Of a stretch of 64,000 nt of DNA, positions 24,171 through 38,700 are shown piece by piece. The DNA is taken from positions 186,001 to 250,000 of the forward strand of contig NW_027271303.1 of NCBI RefSeq assembly GCF_040938485.1, read 5' to 3'. Positions within the stretch are counted from its first letter, which is position 1. The number at the start of each line of letters is the position of its first letter. The notes beneath the pieces were generated by a model. The model saw nothing but the letters and a program-made list of their open reading frames with translations, did no database searches and was not told where the DNA came from. The translations under genes were made by a program, and so were the position numbers. The DNA is from Diadema antillarum. Lineage: Eukaryota.

Positions 24171-26259
24171 GAATACAATGCACTCCTCTTATAACAATTA
24201 CAAAGTCCTTGGAACGAACGGTTTTCTTTCGTTGTTCTTATAGCGTAATAGTAAAGTACATAAAACTATATAGCTGCTAATTTTAGGACCTGCATTTTTA
24301 CTTTGTTGTAAAAAGAATTTCGTTATGAACATGTTCATTATAACAGGGGTGCACAGTAATATTAGCCTAATCATATGTCAGTTACAAGTTGATGGAATGT
24401 GTACTTTTCATGAATAAATTACATTTGGGGGAATTCTCATTTAATCTCTTTTATTGTTGTCAAGAATGACGTCATGAACTGTACTAGTAGTCTTCTTATC
24501 CAGTGATGACAGCGCACTAAAACTCTAAAAATACATACAAGATTTAGCCTTTGAATCAATTGTCCGATTGTTCTCAGACTATCACTGACGTGTTCTACTA
24601 TTGCTGTTTTCACTCAGTCCACATTTATGTTTGGTTTCAGTTTCCTTTAATGAGGGCAATACAATTACAATTGTATTGTTTCAGTCCTAAAAAGGACTTG
24701 CCAATAATTTCATTAGTATATCATCATCACCATTTGCCAAATTAATATAAGAAATGCACTCAAATGTAGGTGTTAAAACATTTCTCTCACGACACCTATA
24801 CTCAAGGGGCATAAAACAGACTAAAACCAGCTCTGAGGAGGTCTCAAATTGTATAAAATTTTTAATCACTTTGTGCATGGATCAGCATCAATATTTCTCA
24901 CATGGTTATTCTTAAGATAAATACACATTTTGCTAAATATTGCCATTAATTTGCTCTTTACCAATACTGCCCAGTCATATTTCTAATAGTTATTAACTAT
25001 GCAGTACAGGGGAACCTTGATATAACAAGGACCTAAAAATCCTGGCAATGACCTATTTATAGGGTACAAAAATAAAGAAATATATAATGGAATTGGGACC
25101 TGCAAAACCACATGTTATATGTTATACTTACAGTACTCTGACTTGTAATATTTCAAACAGTACTTATAACTAGCAGTACAGTGGATACCCATCATCATGA
25201 GGTCAGACATAGTATGACATGTGTACCCAATTGTATAAAGAGGTAATTTTGCCAGTCCCATTCTTTTTATATTTTAATTTTTCATCCCTGATTTATAATT
25301 GGATATCAAATATAACAAAGAAATTTTGGTGGTACCAAGCAGCTTGTTATAACAAGGTTCCCATGTACCAGCGACCCATAATCAAGTTCACGCACTTCTA
25401 TTTCCCTTTCAGTTTAATACTAACCTGTAATAAAGGCACTGCTTAACAATGTTTCCAATGTGATAAACCTGAGCTGTATAGTCCTTCATTCTACCAGTCT
25501 CTGATATTGTGTAAAACATTAAGCTATGAAAAAATGGAAAAAAAAATCAGGGCTGAAATACAGTACTGTAAATGCATGCTTTTAGAACAGCCAGTCTGTA
25601 TGAGTGACCATATTTTACCACACTTAACCTGTTCCACATGGGAACCTGGTGGCCTGTGTATTAAGTCTATGGAGATTTCAGAATTCAGTATGGAATGGGT
25701 TAATCATTTCCCTTAGAGAGTAGCCACAAATAAATCATTCATAAACACACCATTCATAAATAAACCATTTAGGTTATAGAGGTTTGTCAGCATATTTGTT
25801 CATAGACCTCCTGACAGTGACAGCATATAACTGTCAAAAGGCTCAATCATAAAAGTGTAATCATTTCTAAGCTATACTGCAATGTCAAGCAGTATTTAAG
25901 CAATGTACAATTTGTATATTGCAAAGAGCCAATAGGAGTTTAATACATACATGTATTAAGACCTGACAATTTATTGAAATCTATAATCAAATGTTATAAT
26001 GATAATAACAATAATGGAGTCTTTTAATGTGCCATGTCTGTCACACAGGCACTCCTGGTGCAGAAAGGTTATGAAAATCACCCAGTATTACAAGGAAATC
26101 CTGCACACCATACCCATTCTAGGAACGTGGAGAGTCATTCTGTAACTTGTAAATGCGTTTTGAAAACCAAATCTTGGGCTCTCAAAATGGCCGACAGGAC
26201 TGGACTTTACCAACCTCCTCACTAAGTGTTGCCAGACAGACCTTAAACTGGATAGTGAT

Positions 26260-26731
26260 CAGGGGTGTATCCAGGATTTTTTGTGGGGGGTCGCAATCAC
26301 AATTTTTGGACCTTTAGGCCTACCTTTGCGAGGGAGCGGAGTGACCGAGCGGGGGGAGGGGGGTGTCCCCCCTCCCACAGTAGAGAGTTTTTGAATTTTA
26401 TATCTTAAAATGGGGCCATTTGGTGCATACAAAAGTGACTTTTTTCGGCATACTTAGAAAAACACATTTATGTTAAAACTGGTGATAAAACCTGTGTTGG
26501 TCACTTACAAGTTCGTGAATTGGTAAGTTGAAACTGTATTTTAAAAAAGTTGATGACTAGCTATAACCTTCCTAGAGTACAATTTGCTGACAAAATTTGG
26601 TAAAAGGCCCTCTAAAAACAAAAATGTCTTTTACAAAAAGTGGACCTTTTGAATTTTTTTTTTTTTTTTTTTTTTTTTGGGGGGGGGGGGGGTCGTACGA
26701 CCCTCCCGACCCCCCCTTGCATACATCCATG
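26260..26731. mobile_element. MITE with CAGGGGTGTATCCAGG-type TIR and 5-bp TSD
   Basis: TIR CAGGGGTGTATCCAGG / CCTTGCATACATCCATG; GTGAT on both sides (26255-26259, 26732-26736). Confidence 0.75.
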
Positions 26732-27421
26732 GTGATATGCCCTCCCCTCTGCTGCTCACACCAAAAAGGTGTACAACTGAAATGTCTGTTGCCCCTTACT
26801 GTTAGCATTGCAGCAATCTGAATGTTTTGTTTTATTCATTCACATTTGTTCTCTTCATACTTCAACCTTTGGCACCTAAGCTGCCCAAATCACTCAGCTT
26901 CCTGCAGCCACTCTAAATCTTAGGTGTGTGTGTGTGTGTGTGTGTGTGCGTGTGATGGTTTGTGTGTCCTTGTGTAGGGGTGTGGGAATGTGAAAACATG
27001 CTTCTTCTTTTTTTCTTCTTCTTTTTTGCATGGTTCGTATGATCCCTATGTCACCCTATTCTGTAAGTTAATCTTCACAAACAAACACTAAACTACTGTA
27101 GGTTAAACCCAAGCCATATACTGGTAGTGTAAGCTACTGCTTCCTTTTGCGAAGAGTGGTTGGCATTGCAAGAAATCTCCAGGTAGTAGTACTTTATGAA
27201 GAGTTCAGCTCAATCAATGCAACTCCTTATGTAAATTGATACAGGATGCTTGTGTTACATTGTACAGCGAACATAGCTATATATCCAAATTTTGTTACAA
27301 CAAAGTAAAACTACAGGTCCTCAAATTTTGTCATTAAAGTCTATGGTGCAAAATTCCCTCCGGTTACAGCAAAATTTTGAAATGAAAAAAGAAACTACCA
27401 GTCCCCGAGGACTTCGTTTTA

Positions 27422-29083
27422 GACCAGGCGTCCACTAGGGCGCGGACAAGACGCGGACAAGCCCCGGAATGCAAATTTGGTATTCCGCACTCCTTCGGGA
27501 ACCTGTCCGCACGTTCCTGAACGTGTCCGCTCACTGTCCTAAACATGTCCGGGCGTTTCCGCACCTTCGGGAGAGAGAAAAATTTCCGCGTCCAAATTTT
27601 GATCGAGACCAAAATTTGGACGCGGAAATGAACTTCCTGACACCTTCGGCGACTTGTCCTGACGATGTCCTGACGATGTCCCGCTTGTCCGGAACCCTTC
27701 CGCTCCTTCCGCACACGCTCCGGAAAGAATCCCACGGTGTGGGGAAGCTTCCCGAATGAAAGCGGAAGACACCAGGAATGTTTTAGGACAGCGCGGAGCC
27801 GATGCGGATCTATATATGCAAGTGTCCGGAACCGATGCGGAAATTGTGTGATCCAAACAAGAAAATGTCGACACTTTCCGCTAGCGTCATGCCAATGAAA
27901 CGCAAAATGAGCAAGAAGGGAGGCAAGGCCCCCATGCAAATATCCCCATCACAGGCACTCCTTTCGTCTAGTGATGAACAACAGGTAAATCTAAGGAATA
28001 TCCGGTCCCAGAAGGCAAAGAAGAAGATAGTAGAGACTGTGCCAAAAGCAACCAGAAAGAAGTGAAATCAGCCCCCTAACTTCCTAGTAAGTTTGTTTTG
28101 ATTTAATCTTTTCAGAAATTATTTTTCATCTGAGTGACTTCCCTGGTTCCTATTACTTACTATAGTACATTTTCCTTTATGTTGTTTTCGTATTTTATTT
28201 GCCAACAAACTAGGTTGTCCCATGTGACAGCCCAGCTGAAAAATCACAAAAGTAGGTGGAATTACACTCAGAAAAAAAGCATAGAACTTTTGGCTAAATG
28301 TTAATGTATTGTATAAACATGAACAAGTTGTTATTCATACGTAAATGCTTTCTAATGATACAACATATTAGAACAAAAGACAAATTCATCACACTAAAAA
28401 GCATGAATTCAATTGCAAAGATATACCTGTGGTGTCATTACAATGTAATATCTTTGAAGCCCAAAATAACAATGAAAGCTACAGATGATGGAGGAAAATG
28501 AAGAATTTTCTGTCACTTCAAAATTCAAGTGAAATGAGAGAAAAAGCAATAAATCATGAACTCGAAAAAGTGTTAAATTTCTGGCTTTCTTTTGTTTTGT
28601 TTTTTTGTTGAGTGTATATATTTAAGTACACATTAAGCATCACAAATCATTTCAGAAATATTCTTTACCTGAATGATTTTCGTAGTTGTTATTACAAAAT
28701 ATTTTTTTCTTCTCTTTTTGTTTTAGTTGCAAATAAACTCGATTGTCCAATTGGACAGCCCAGCTGAACCCACCCCCCCCCCAAAAAAAAAAAGAAAATT
28801 AAAGTAGGTTACAAATATTTCCCCATTTTTACACTTCATTGACAATAGGCTAGTAAGCTCTAAGCATGAAAAAAAAAATCTCGGACTTGAAAATGTTCAA
28901 AAGTGATCAAAACAAGAGAGGGTTAGAGATGCACAAGAGTAAAAATCAGAGAAAGAAAAACAAATTTAATGATTAGGATCATTTTGGCATGCTCTACAGA
29001 AGTATCAGACAAAACATGTATATACTTCACGATGGATAAAGCACAGGTCTAAAAAAAGGGAATAAAGAATAAATATATATAAA

Positions 29084-29133
<50 letters not shown>

Positions 29134-30013
29134 TAACAAAACGGCAACAAAGTTCATGCTGTATTCACCAACGGTTTATTTCTTGTGAAGTAATAAATCG
29201 TTGGTGAATACACCATGAACTTTGTTGCAGTTTTGTTACTTTTCTTTTTATCTTGCCCACACGTGGACTANNNNNNNNNNNNNNNNNNNNNNNNNNNNNN
29301 NNNNNNNNNNNNNNNNNNNNNNNNNNNNNNNNNNNNNNNNNNNNNNNNNNNNNNNNNNNNNNNNNNNNNNNNNNNNNNNNNNNNNNNNNNNNNNNNNNNN
29401 NNNNNNNNNNNNTCATCCATGTGACTGTAGGCAGAGAAAAAATTGTTCTCCCAGATGAGACAAATCAAAAAAAAAAAAAAAGAGTCGTCAGCCCACATGC
29501 AGACAATCCTATTCTTCGACTTTGGTGGTCACATTTATCAAATAATATTGACCAATCATATTAATATAATATCAGCCGCTACTGCGGAAGCACAACAAGA
29601 AGCATCAATGACGGCTAGCAGTCACATGAGGAAAAGTCAAAGTCGGCGCCAAATTTATACCTTTCCATTTTCCTGGTATTGTCCGCAGTTTGTCCGCATG
29701 CCTAACTTGTGTTGTCCGGAAGGCATCCTGATTGTCCGCGTTCATTCCTGGTGTAATCCTAGATGTTTCCGCGCTGCCCGGCTACGATTAGCATATTCCG
29801 AGGTATTTCGCGCTCTTCCGGAGTGATTCCTAGGAATGTCCGCAGTCAGTCCGCGGACAGTCCGCGGACAGTCCGCGGACAGTCCTAGGAATGTCCTAGG
29901 ACAAGCCGATTCACAAAGTTATTCCGCGTCTGTCGCGGACAGGATGCCGAAATGACAAAATTTGCTTCCGCAACCCTTCCGGGGCTTGTCCGCACCCAAG
30001 TGGACGTCCGCCC
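27422..30013. mobile_element. Internally deleted PIF/Harbinger transposon
   Basis: TTA on both sides. Imperfect TIR GACCAGGCGTCCACTAGGGCGCGGACAAG vs GGGCGGACGTCCACTTGGGTGCGGACAAG. Long GC-rich subterminal regions full of GTCCG/CGGAC motifs. Lys-rich ORF stub at 27802-28065. Contains (TA)n and an N gap. Confidence 0.75.
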
Positions 30014-32728
30014 TTAACGGGAGTCACCTGTCATATACCTATCCACATGTTCATGCATAGGACTGGGACACATGCCTACATGTAGGAACACAAAAATGTG
30101 TGATCATGACATAAGAGGAGCTGGAATGGATCACTTACATCCGTGAGAACCTCGCTCACTTTTCATCAAGAAGTTATTTCATATTAATCTGATACACAAG
30201 GTACCACTTACCTACACACATTACTCTTTCATATACTTGTCAAACAACAGACATAACTTCTGCAACTGATTGACACATTGCCCTATATAGACGTACACTG
30301 TATACAAAGAATTGACATAACTATGATTGTTGTTGTCATAGATATTTCTTGCGATAAATTACATAATTTCTAGCATCACGAATTGCGCTTTTAAAAAGAG
30401 GCAAACAGGAATAATGTCAATTATAGGATTCATTCAATGCCCTTTTTCAAATTTGTATGTAAAACACAAACATACTCTCAGAGATAACATATCCATATTA
30501 CGATGAGTCCATTAATTAGAGTTAACATGATAAAAGTCTACAGACTCCATACATGAAAACCCCTCCCCACAATATGACATCATTTTTCGAATAAGGAAAA
30601 CAGGAGAAATACAGTGTGTTGACATTTCATAGGATTCCCATGAGGTTTCTTGGTATAGTTATATAAAAGAATTTTAAGAGAAGCCAGGATAAACTTTTGT
30701 TGCCATAGAAACTTAAGGCTCCACACCAATTAACTCCAAGTAGCTACAATGTTAGCTGACATTAAGTAGCTAGGTGACCTGGTAGATCCCATGAATTGTA
30801 AATACATGCTTTCTCACTACCTTTTATCGATACTCCTAAAAAAAAAAGGGTAATGCAAAATTTATTCTTTCCCAATGAATATACATTAGAAAGAAACATT
30901 TTGTTCAGAATGCTAGGTATGTGGTGAAACAGAGCTTATCCTACTGCATTTCCACCTGCAAAGTTGTTCAGAATTTAATTTCGGCCATTTCTGCCATGTT
31001 TCTCTCATTCTTTATGCATTGAATGATTTAGAAAGATACATAAAAATATGGCTTTGCATTTTTTTTTAAGGGTACATTTTCATTTCCACTTTTAAATCAT
31101 GTTTTCCTTTTTACATACAATTTTGAGAGCAGTATCACAACATAATTTCAGGAAAGAGTGTATTTTTTTTTTCTCATTTGTCTTTTGATGATTGAATAAA
31201 CTGAATAAGTGTAAAAGTCAAAATTTCAGACTCCCTCAAAATTTAAGACGGCTGTATCAGCGAACCTGAGTTTGATACAATGCTCTCTACAAACTATGAC
31301 CCACTAATTGGAAGCATGACGCATAATTATGAATTACCTTTCCATACACATGTGTGCTAATACCGGCATGTTGTATGATATACGGTAGTCTTTCCACCCA
31401 TTCACCAATAGCAGGTCATCTTCGAGCAACAGACACTTTAGACCAAGTTGACAAAATTCTGAAATCTCATTGGCCTAGAGCTCTGCACTGATTTTTACTG
31501 TCCAGAGGTTTGATATCAAGTAAATTCTTACAATCACTGATGATAACCAATGAACACTTGCTGCCGCGCACTAAGCAGGAGGTTGAACACTTTTGCAATA
31601 GATGGCTGCCACGCAGCCAGTAAATTGTCGGCCGTTTCATGGAATGACATTTGCAAATGCGTGGTCACAAATGAGATTCATATTGAAATCTGAACACTAA
31701 TTATATCTTTAAAAAAGAAATGTTTAAATAGTAGTATGCATTTAAAAACACAGCTATGAACTAGTTCCTTTTATTTTGAAGTCTGAAGCTCCTTTGTATT
31801 TTATAATACATAATTTCTCATCTGTACAGCATAGAATACACAACTACCCCGGTACAATACTTTTGCACAACATAACCTACAAGTTTCTTGATATTGCATT
31901 CAATTCATTCAGAACTAGTGTTTGTTTGCTTGCTTGTTTTTTTTACGGAATTGTAATTACGTGACATTTCTTTTATTTTCAAATATGATGAAAATGATTA
32001 TCTTGATATATGTTGCAGTTGATTTTCCAAGAAGATATCTAGGATGGCAAGAAAGAACATCATGTAAAAATGGAAGCTGTAACACTATAATCAATCACCT
32101 GGCACCGTAGCTACAACTTCAACCTATGTTTGTGCACAGCCGCTATTTCTAATTCACTCCTTGCCATGTTCTGTGTGCAACCACACAAAAAGTGGTAAAT
32201 GACAGTAAAATAATCATTAATCTTAAATCTCAATCAAAACTCAAAAGCTACAGTAATTGCACAATGAATAAACTAAAAATCAATCGCATACGTGTACTAA
32301 ACATAGCACTCAGTTCTACTGCATGAAAAGTGATGTTAAAATTCACAACTCGTAAATAGCAACCATATTTTGAAGGCCACATTGGCACAAATTAATTTCA
32401 CGGCAAGTTATTCTTTGCTGTTTAAAATCTCTTTGTTTTTGCTTTACAAACATTTTATGCATCATGGAATTGAAGAGCAAATGGAAACTGCCAGTATTAA
32501 ATGTTGCAGACGTGTGATCAACGTAAAATTGCAAGGCATCCTTTGATGAGTCTTGGAAACTCCCCGAGAGTAATTTGTCTTCTTTTTTAAATTGTATTTT
32601 GGTCATTGTTACTCAGCATGCTATTGCTGACTCCCAGCAGTCACTTCAACAATACTACTTTGTCTTAAAACGAAACACTTTCACTCTTTGCAGCAGGAGC
32701 ATCTTTCTCCTTCTTCTAAGGTCAAACA

Positions 32729-35700
32729 TCAGCTCTTGCCTGAATCGGCGCCCTCAGGTTTCGCCGACGCGTTCAAACTGACCTCCGCGGTTGAGTTCTG
32801 CAGCTCTTCCATTTGTCGATCTGCAGACATGATGGAGTAGACCTGGCTGACGTTAACGAGCTTGGAACGAATCGCCTCCTGCCGACTGCCATCTGTTAAT
32901 CTATCAAGGCACTGGCGCACGTAGTACTTGTTTGCTGCGTGCACTTCGGGATTCTTCATGTATTCCTCCACCTGAAAGTCAATATGTAAAATCAAAATGC
33001 ATCCCAATGAGAATACTGATGTCAGTCATAATAATTTTTCCTGAACAGAAATCTAACTATATTCCATTTCAACTTATTTTCAATACAGACGACCTCCCGT
33101 CAGAGCAAATTCTTCTAGACTGGCACTTTTGTTTCGTCATATCAAAATTTCATTGTGGTTGAACAATAAAGTACAGGTTTGTATGTAAAGATGGTGACAG
33201 GATATTTGCTCCAGCAATAATTGCTCTGGTCTTATTTCCTCCAAGGACTTATGGTTAGGGTTAGGGCTGTGATAGGGTTTTGGGTTTAGTTTGATGTGAT
33301 TAGGGTTAGGGTTATGTTTGTGGGCATAATTTATGTTTGGCTTAGCATGCAGATATTTCATGGGAACAACTGTCACAGAAGCATATGCCATGGAACCTGC
33401 AAAGACATATTAATAATTATTTTGGCACCTGAGATTTTTACTTTATTGTAACGAGACTTTTGTTATAACTGTGTTCATTATAACAAGAGTGCACTGTAAT
33501 CTTTACATCAAGAAGAGCATTAAAAAAAAAAAAAAGATCGTTTGTGACTTACAGGCATCCACTGGCATTCTGCGATCTCCTGCTTATTCTTCTTAATCTT
33601 GGACGAGAGGGGCTCCAGGTGGCACACGAAGTAGATGTCCGAGCGCCCGAAGCGGAACCGGTGGAGGTGCCTGAAGCAGCTCAGTGAGATGAACTTGGTC
33701 TGCACCCCCGTCTCTTCCCTAACTTCCCGGCAAACGGCATCGCCCAGATCTTCCCCTGAGAGTAGGAATTGACATCAAGGGTCAAATTTCCAGTCGCAAG
33801 AAGACTACCGCTATCAAAACTATTGCTCAGAGCCTAATGTAGCTGCATGAGCAAACACATATTCATGACACTGTTAGGTTACGGGAGAAAAATTTTGATT
33901 CTAATCATATTAACATGACAATAACAACAACAATACTGATAATAATAAACCATTTTTGTGCAGCACAAATTACATTTACGTTTCTAAGCGCTCTTACACT
34001 TTTGTCAAAGGTACATTGATATGTTTTAACCATTTTTCAAAACTATACTTTTCCACCATACTGAAAAGGAAATCTACATCACTGCAGAAATTTTGCCACC
34101 GAGCACAACCTTCAGTTTCTCTCTATGCATGTGTGCATACTCTCATATTATTTAGCTCTAAAATCTTGCGGCCCCCTTCTTTGGACCATCTCAGTTTCCA
34201 CAAAATCAGTCACACAATTTATGCATATTCTAAGTGGTTAGCTCAGCTTCTTGCTACTACATGCATTCTCAATACACATTTAACCACGACTGAACAGACT
34301 AATCATCTGACCAAATGATTGACCAACCAGTCAGCCAACCCACAAAAAAAAAATAAATAAATACATACTGAAATCAATAACAAATGACCTACAGGTCCAG
34401 CAGTGCTTATCTGGGTGGAACGCTTTGCTTGTATGGCACTCCACCTGAGGGAAATTATATTTAAAAAATCTCGAGATTGTGCTGATTGCTGCAGACCTCT
34501 TGGGCAACACCCTGTTGTAACTTTGGGTGGGTCTTGCCCTAGAGACCCCCCATCGCCTCCCACTGGCACCACCACCATTTGTATAACTATGATCCCCTCC
34601 CCCTATTCATGATTCTTGCAAAGTTTGGTCAAAATCCATCCTGTTGTTTTCCAGGGAGAAAATAGGAATGAGGCAAAGTTTATGCATGATTCATGGCAGA
34701 CCATGGACAACGCACATAGAAAATAATTTCATTCCACGATAATCCTTTGATCAACAATTTTTTTTTTTTTTTTGAATGAACTTGCCTGGTTCCACAGCAC
34801 CTCCTGGTAGCTTCCATGTTGTAAGTTTCCCATACAGCTCTTTGATGACCAGAATTTCATTCTTTTCATTCAACACACATCCACCTGCACCTGAACATTT
34901 GGACAGGAGGAGCACGGAAATACAGAATGAGGGAATAAAGGGGGGGGGGGAGAAAATATGTGCTTGCAGCTTGTTAACCCAATCAAAACCAAAGGCCCTA
35001 TCGTGATGTACAAGAACAATAGCATCCTAAGACACTTGTCTGTTAAAAGAGTTAATAAACTAGAGCTGGTACAATCTCCTAGCCATTCTAAATGCCGACT
35101 TCCCATTTGCCAACAAATATCATTTCAGATCTCGCTAACAGCATGCATAATATCATACACATACAAGGAACTCACTGGTCAACCCCCCCCCCCCCCCCCT
35201 CCGCTTATATTACAGAACAAATCTCACAAGCATACTCATAACCTGTGCAGACACTCTTCATATACAAATCATATAATATAAAACAAAAGTAGCATTAGAA
35301 GACTGAGTACTCTGTATTTGCCTGTGCAGCCCCCACCCCCCGCCATTAGAAATTTGTCATCCAAGTTCTCATATGCAATGTACTCAGAATTATATCTGTT
35401 GTGAATATGCATCATATAAGAATGTAATCACACATCATTAGAATATGCTTGATACATTTGTATATTTATTGCATTCTCGGTCAATTTTTATTTGTGTGAT
35501 GAACTAGGCAGTACTTACATGTCAGAGAAAAATTCTCACAAAGTATTGAACATTGTTTACATTCTACCCTATCAATGCATCACAGAAATTGCTACTTTCA
35601 TTTCCTTTCTTTAACTTCCTTCTGTCACTTTCACTCTCTTTGTTCAAGTTATTATTCCCTGTGAACAACTTCACATTCTGGTCACAAGCTCTTCAAAATC

Positions 35701-38700
35701 TTGGCTTTGTGAATGTTGTACTCTTTCATTACCTCTTTGTATTTCTCTAATTTTTTTTTTCTCATTCTGATGTCCCTTTGTACATATCACCATTATGTGT
35801 GTGTGAGATACCAACTCTTGTGGTGTGGTATATGGAATACATATACCAGTAATGTCTGCTTAATAAAGTGGCATATTGGTGTGAGTTTATGTAGAGTGCA
35901 TGTCACTGAATGAGTCCTATGGAGAGTCATCGACGTGCAGAGTTAAAGTGTTACATACTGTATATTCTGCTGTTGGATATCGGTATACAATGTACATTGT
36001 ACTGATTGCAGAGTTACAATGTATAGTAGTATTGCGTTCAATGGCACAGTATTGAGGCATGCATTGTTCAGAAACTGCCTAACCGTGTTTTGGTAAGAGG
36101 GGCTACATGTAAGTGTGAACAATATCATTTTTTGGGGTGTTCATTTGTTAGGTTTTCAGGGCCAAATATTCCATTTAGCCAATGCTCATAATTCACTGAG
36201 CTCTCAATTGTTCAGATATCTGGGGCTATTCCCTTCCTGCTGATTTGGCATAAAGGCGTGTCTGTAGATACACCCCTGAATTTACATGGATAGGGTTTTT
36301 AAAGATTTGGCAGAAGGGCTTATCTCCAGATACACCCTTTTGTCAAATTAGTTTGGCAAAGGAACACAGAAGAATGCACAAAAATGGGCAAAAGGGCATA
36401 TTTCCAGATTTATCCTTTTGCCAAATTAATCAATAATGGGTTGAGTGCTTGCAAACTTAGCAGAAGGGCATTTCTCACCCACTTTGCCAAATTAATCAGT
36501 ACAAAGGTAGGGTGCTCAAAAATTTGGCCATAAGATGTTTCTCTAGAAATACAGCCTTCAATCAAATTGCTCACAATTTTCACGGTGTATCTGCACATGA
36601 GCCCTTCTGCAGAATAAAATGGGTAGCAGAACCATTAAACACAGTAAGTGTTGATAAAACTATCAATTTTGAAAATTTTGTGAAAAGACAAGAAAAATAT
36701 CAGATAACAACATCTAAAGTGTAAACAACTCTCTAGAATGAAAACTACCTGGCAACTCAAACTTAAATGACTGTTAAAGTCAAGGAAATTAACAAAACTT
36801 CAAGGCTATTATATTTCTTGGCTTTTTAGTTATCATTGCAAGACAAATATTACATAGGCCCTCTCACCAAAACAGAGCCATGTCGTGTGTAGATTGGTTG
36901 CAGTGTAGTTCTGGTTGTTGCAGTGTGGTAATATGGAAATATGCAGACCATGTAACATGGCACAGTAGTGTTTACACCATTCCAGCACTTTACACATTGT
37001 GGTGTAATGATGGGCATGTAGCAAAACAACATTTCATGGTATCTGATGGTGGTATCTATAGTGATGCAATGAGATGAGGTGTAAAACAGAGTATGATTCA
37101 TTCTCATGAATGATGTGGGATGTTGGCATGGTGTACTTAAATGCATTGAGACAATGGTTAATGGTGTCTGGTGTATAGTGTATGGTATAAGTTACACTGT
37201 GCTATGGGATGTTGCAGAGCATGGCATGGTATACTGAAACACATTGAGGAGCAACCTACATCATATATGGTTGATGGTGTCTGGTGTTCAGTGTATGACA
37301 GATTTCACTGTGCTATGAAGTGACATACAATGTAATATGTACACATCAGGGCAGCTGATTGGTGTTTGGTGTACAACACATGGTGTCTGGTGTACTATTA
37401 CCTATGTAGTGTGAGGCATAGCCTGGCAGCATATTGGGTTCATCTTTGGGTAGCCACCGTGTCATCATGACATAGCTGGGTTGTGCGTGGTGATACACAA
37501 AGCCATGCTGCAGGGCAGAGGGAGCAAGCAACAGAGAAACATTCGGCTACAAAACTGCAACTACACTGTGATTTCCACGCACTGTTTATACACAATCACA
37601 TTGTTTTCATTTCCTCTTTCTGCCCTTGTTTGTTTGCACATGTATTTGGCAACAAAACAGCAATTAAATTCAACACGTTTTAACACACAATAAAATTAAT
37701 TTCATTTTCTTCTGTTTCTCTTTTCTTCAGTCTTTTTACACATGTATCAATGCCTTTGACTGCATACATAGTTTTGTGACGCAAAAAAAAATATACATGT
37801 ATATATAATACCAGCATTATCAATAATCTATCAAAGTATTTCCATCTACGAAGAGCGAATGAAAAATTATCAGGATGAGGTATAAAGTTGTTTTGCTTTG
37901 TTGTTGTCAATGTTTTTTAAACAGATAAGAATAAGCTAAAACATGGGCATTTTTTATTTCTCATCTGTGTACTTTGGATAGGTAGGATGGGATTACGCTT
38001 TTGATAGTATCTCCTATATACACAGCTTTTAGGCACAGATCAAAGTCAGTGCCATCCATTGGCCTCCAGGACAACATGATATGCTCCTAAAACTTGGTTC
38101 GATGCATCTAAAAGATACAGATCCACCTAAGAATGCAAAAATCAAATACACGTACATTGTAGATTTAATAATTTGAAGAAAAAAATAATACTCAAAAGAG
38201 CCTATTGGGTTTCTGAAGGCTGCATGAAAGAAAGGAGTGACAGCCACCAAATAAAAATGGAATATAATAACTAGGTGCTCAAAGAAATCCTTTTCAAGTT
38301 ATTTAAATGCTGAATTTTAATCTTTGATTTCCTAAAGTTGAAATGCTATCTTCGAACAAATGCTTGTATGACGCATCTTCCTATCAAAAAGCATGATGGT
38401 GAAAAAACAGCAACATTTTCACATCATTTTTGGTGGTTTTTCAAAAAAATACATTCAAGCTTCAATAAAAGCATAACAAAAACACTTAAACACAACAACA
38501 AACAAACAACCCAAAACCAAATGGACAAGCAAAGTTTTACCACAGACTTGCAAAGTGACACTTATACACTGATCTGGAGTTTGCGACAGAACCACAAAGA
38601 ACATGTGATGATGCCTTAAAGACAAAAACAACCAACAACAAAAAAGACTTTCATTTTTTCCTCACCTTTGCGATTACCCCAACAAGCTCTGCGTGCTCCA

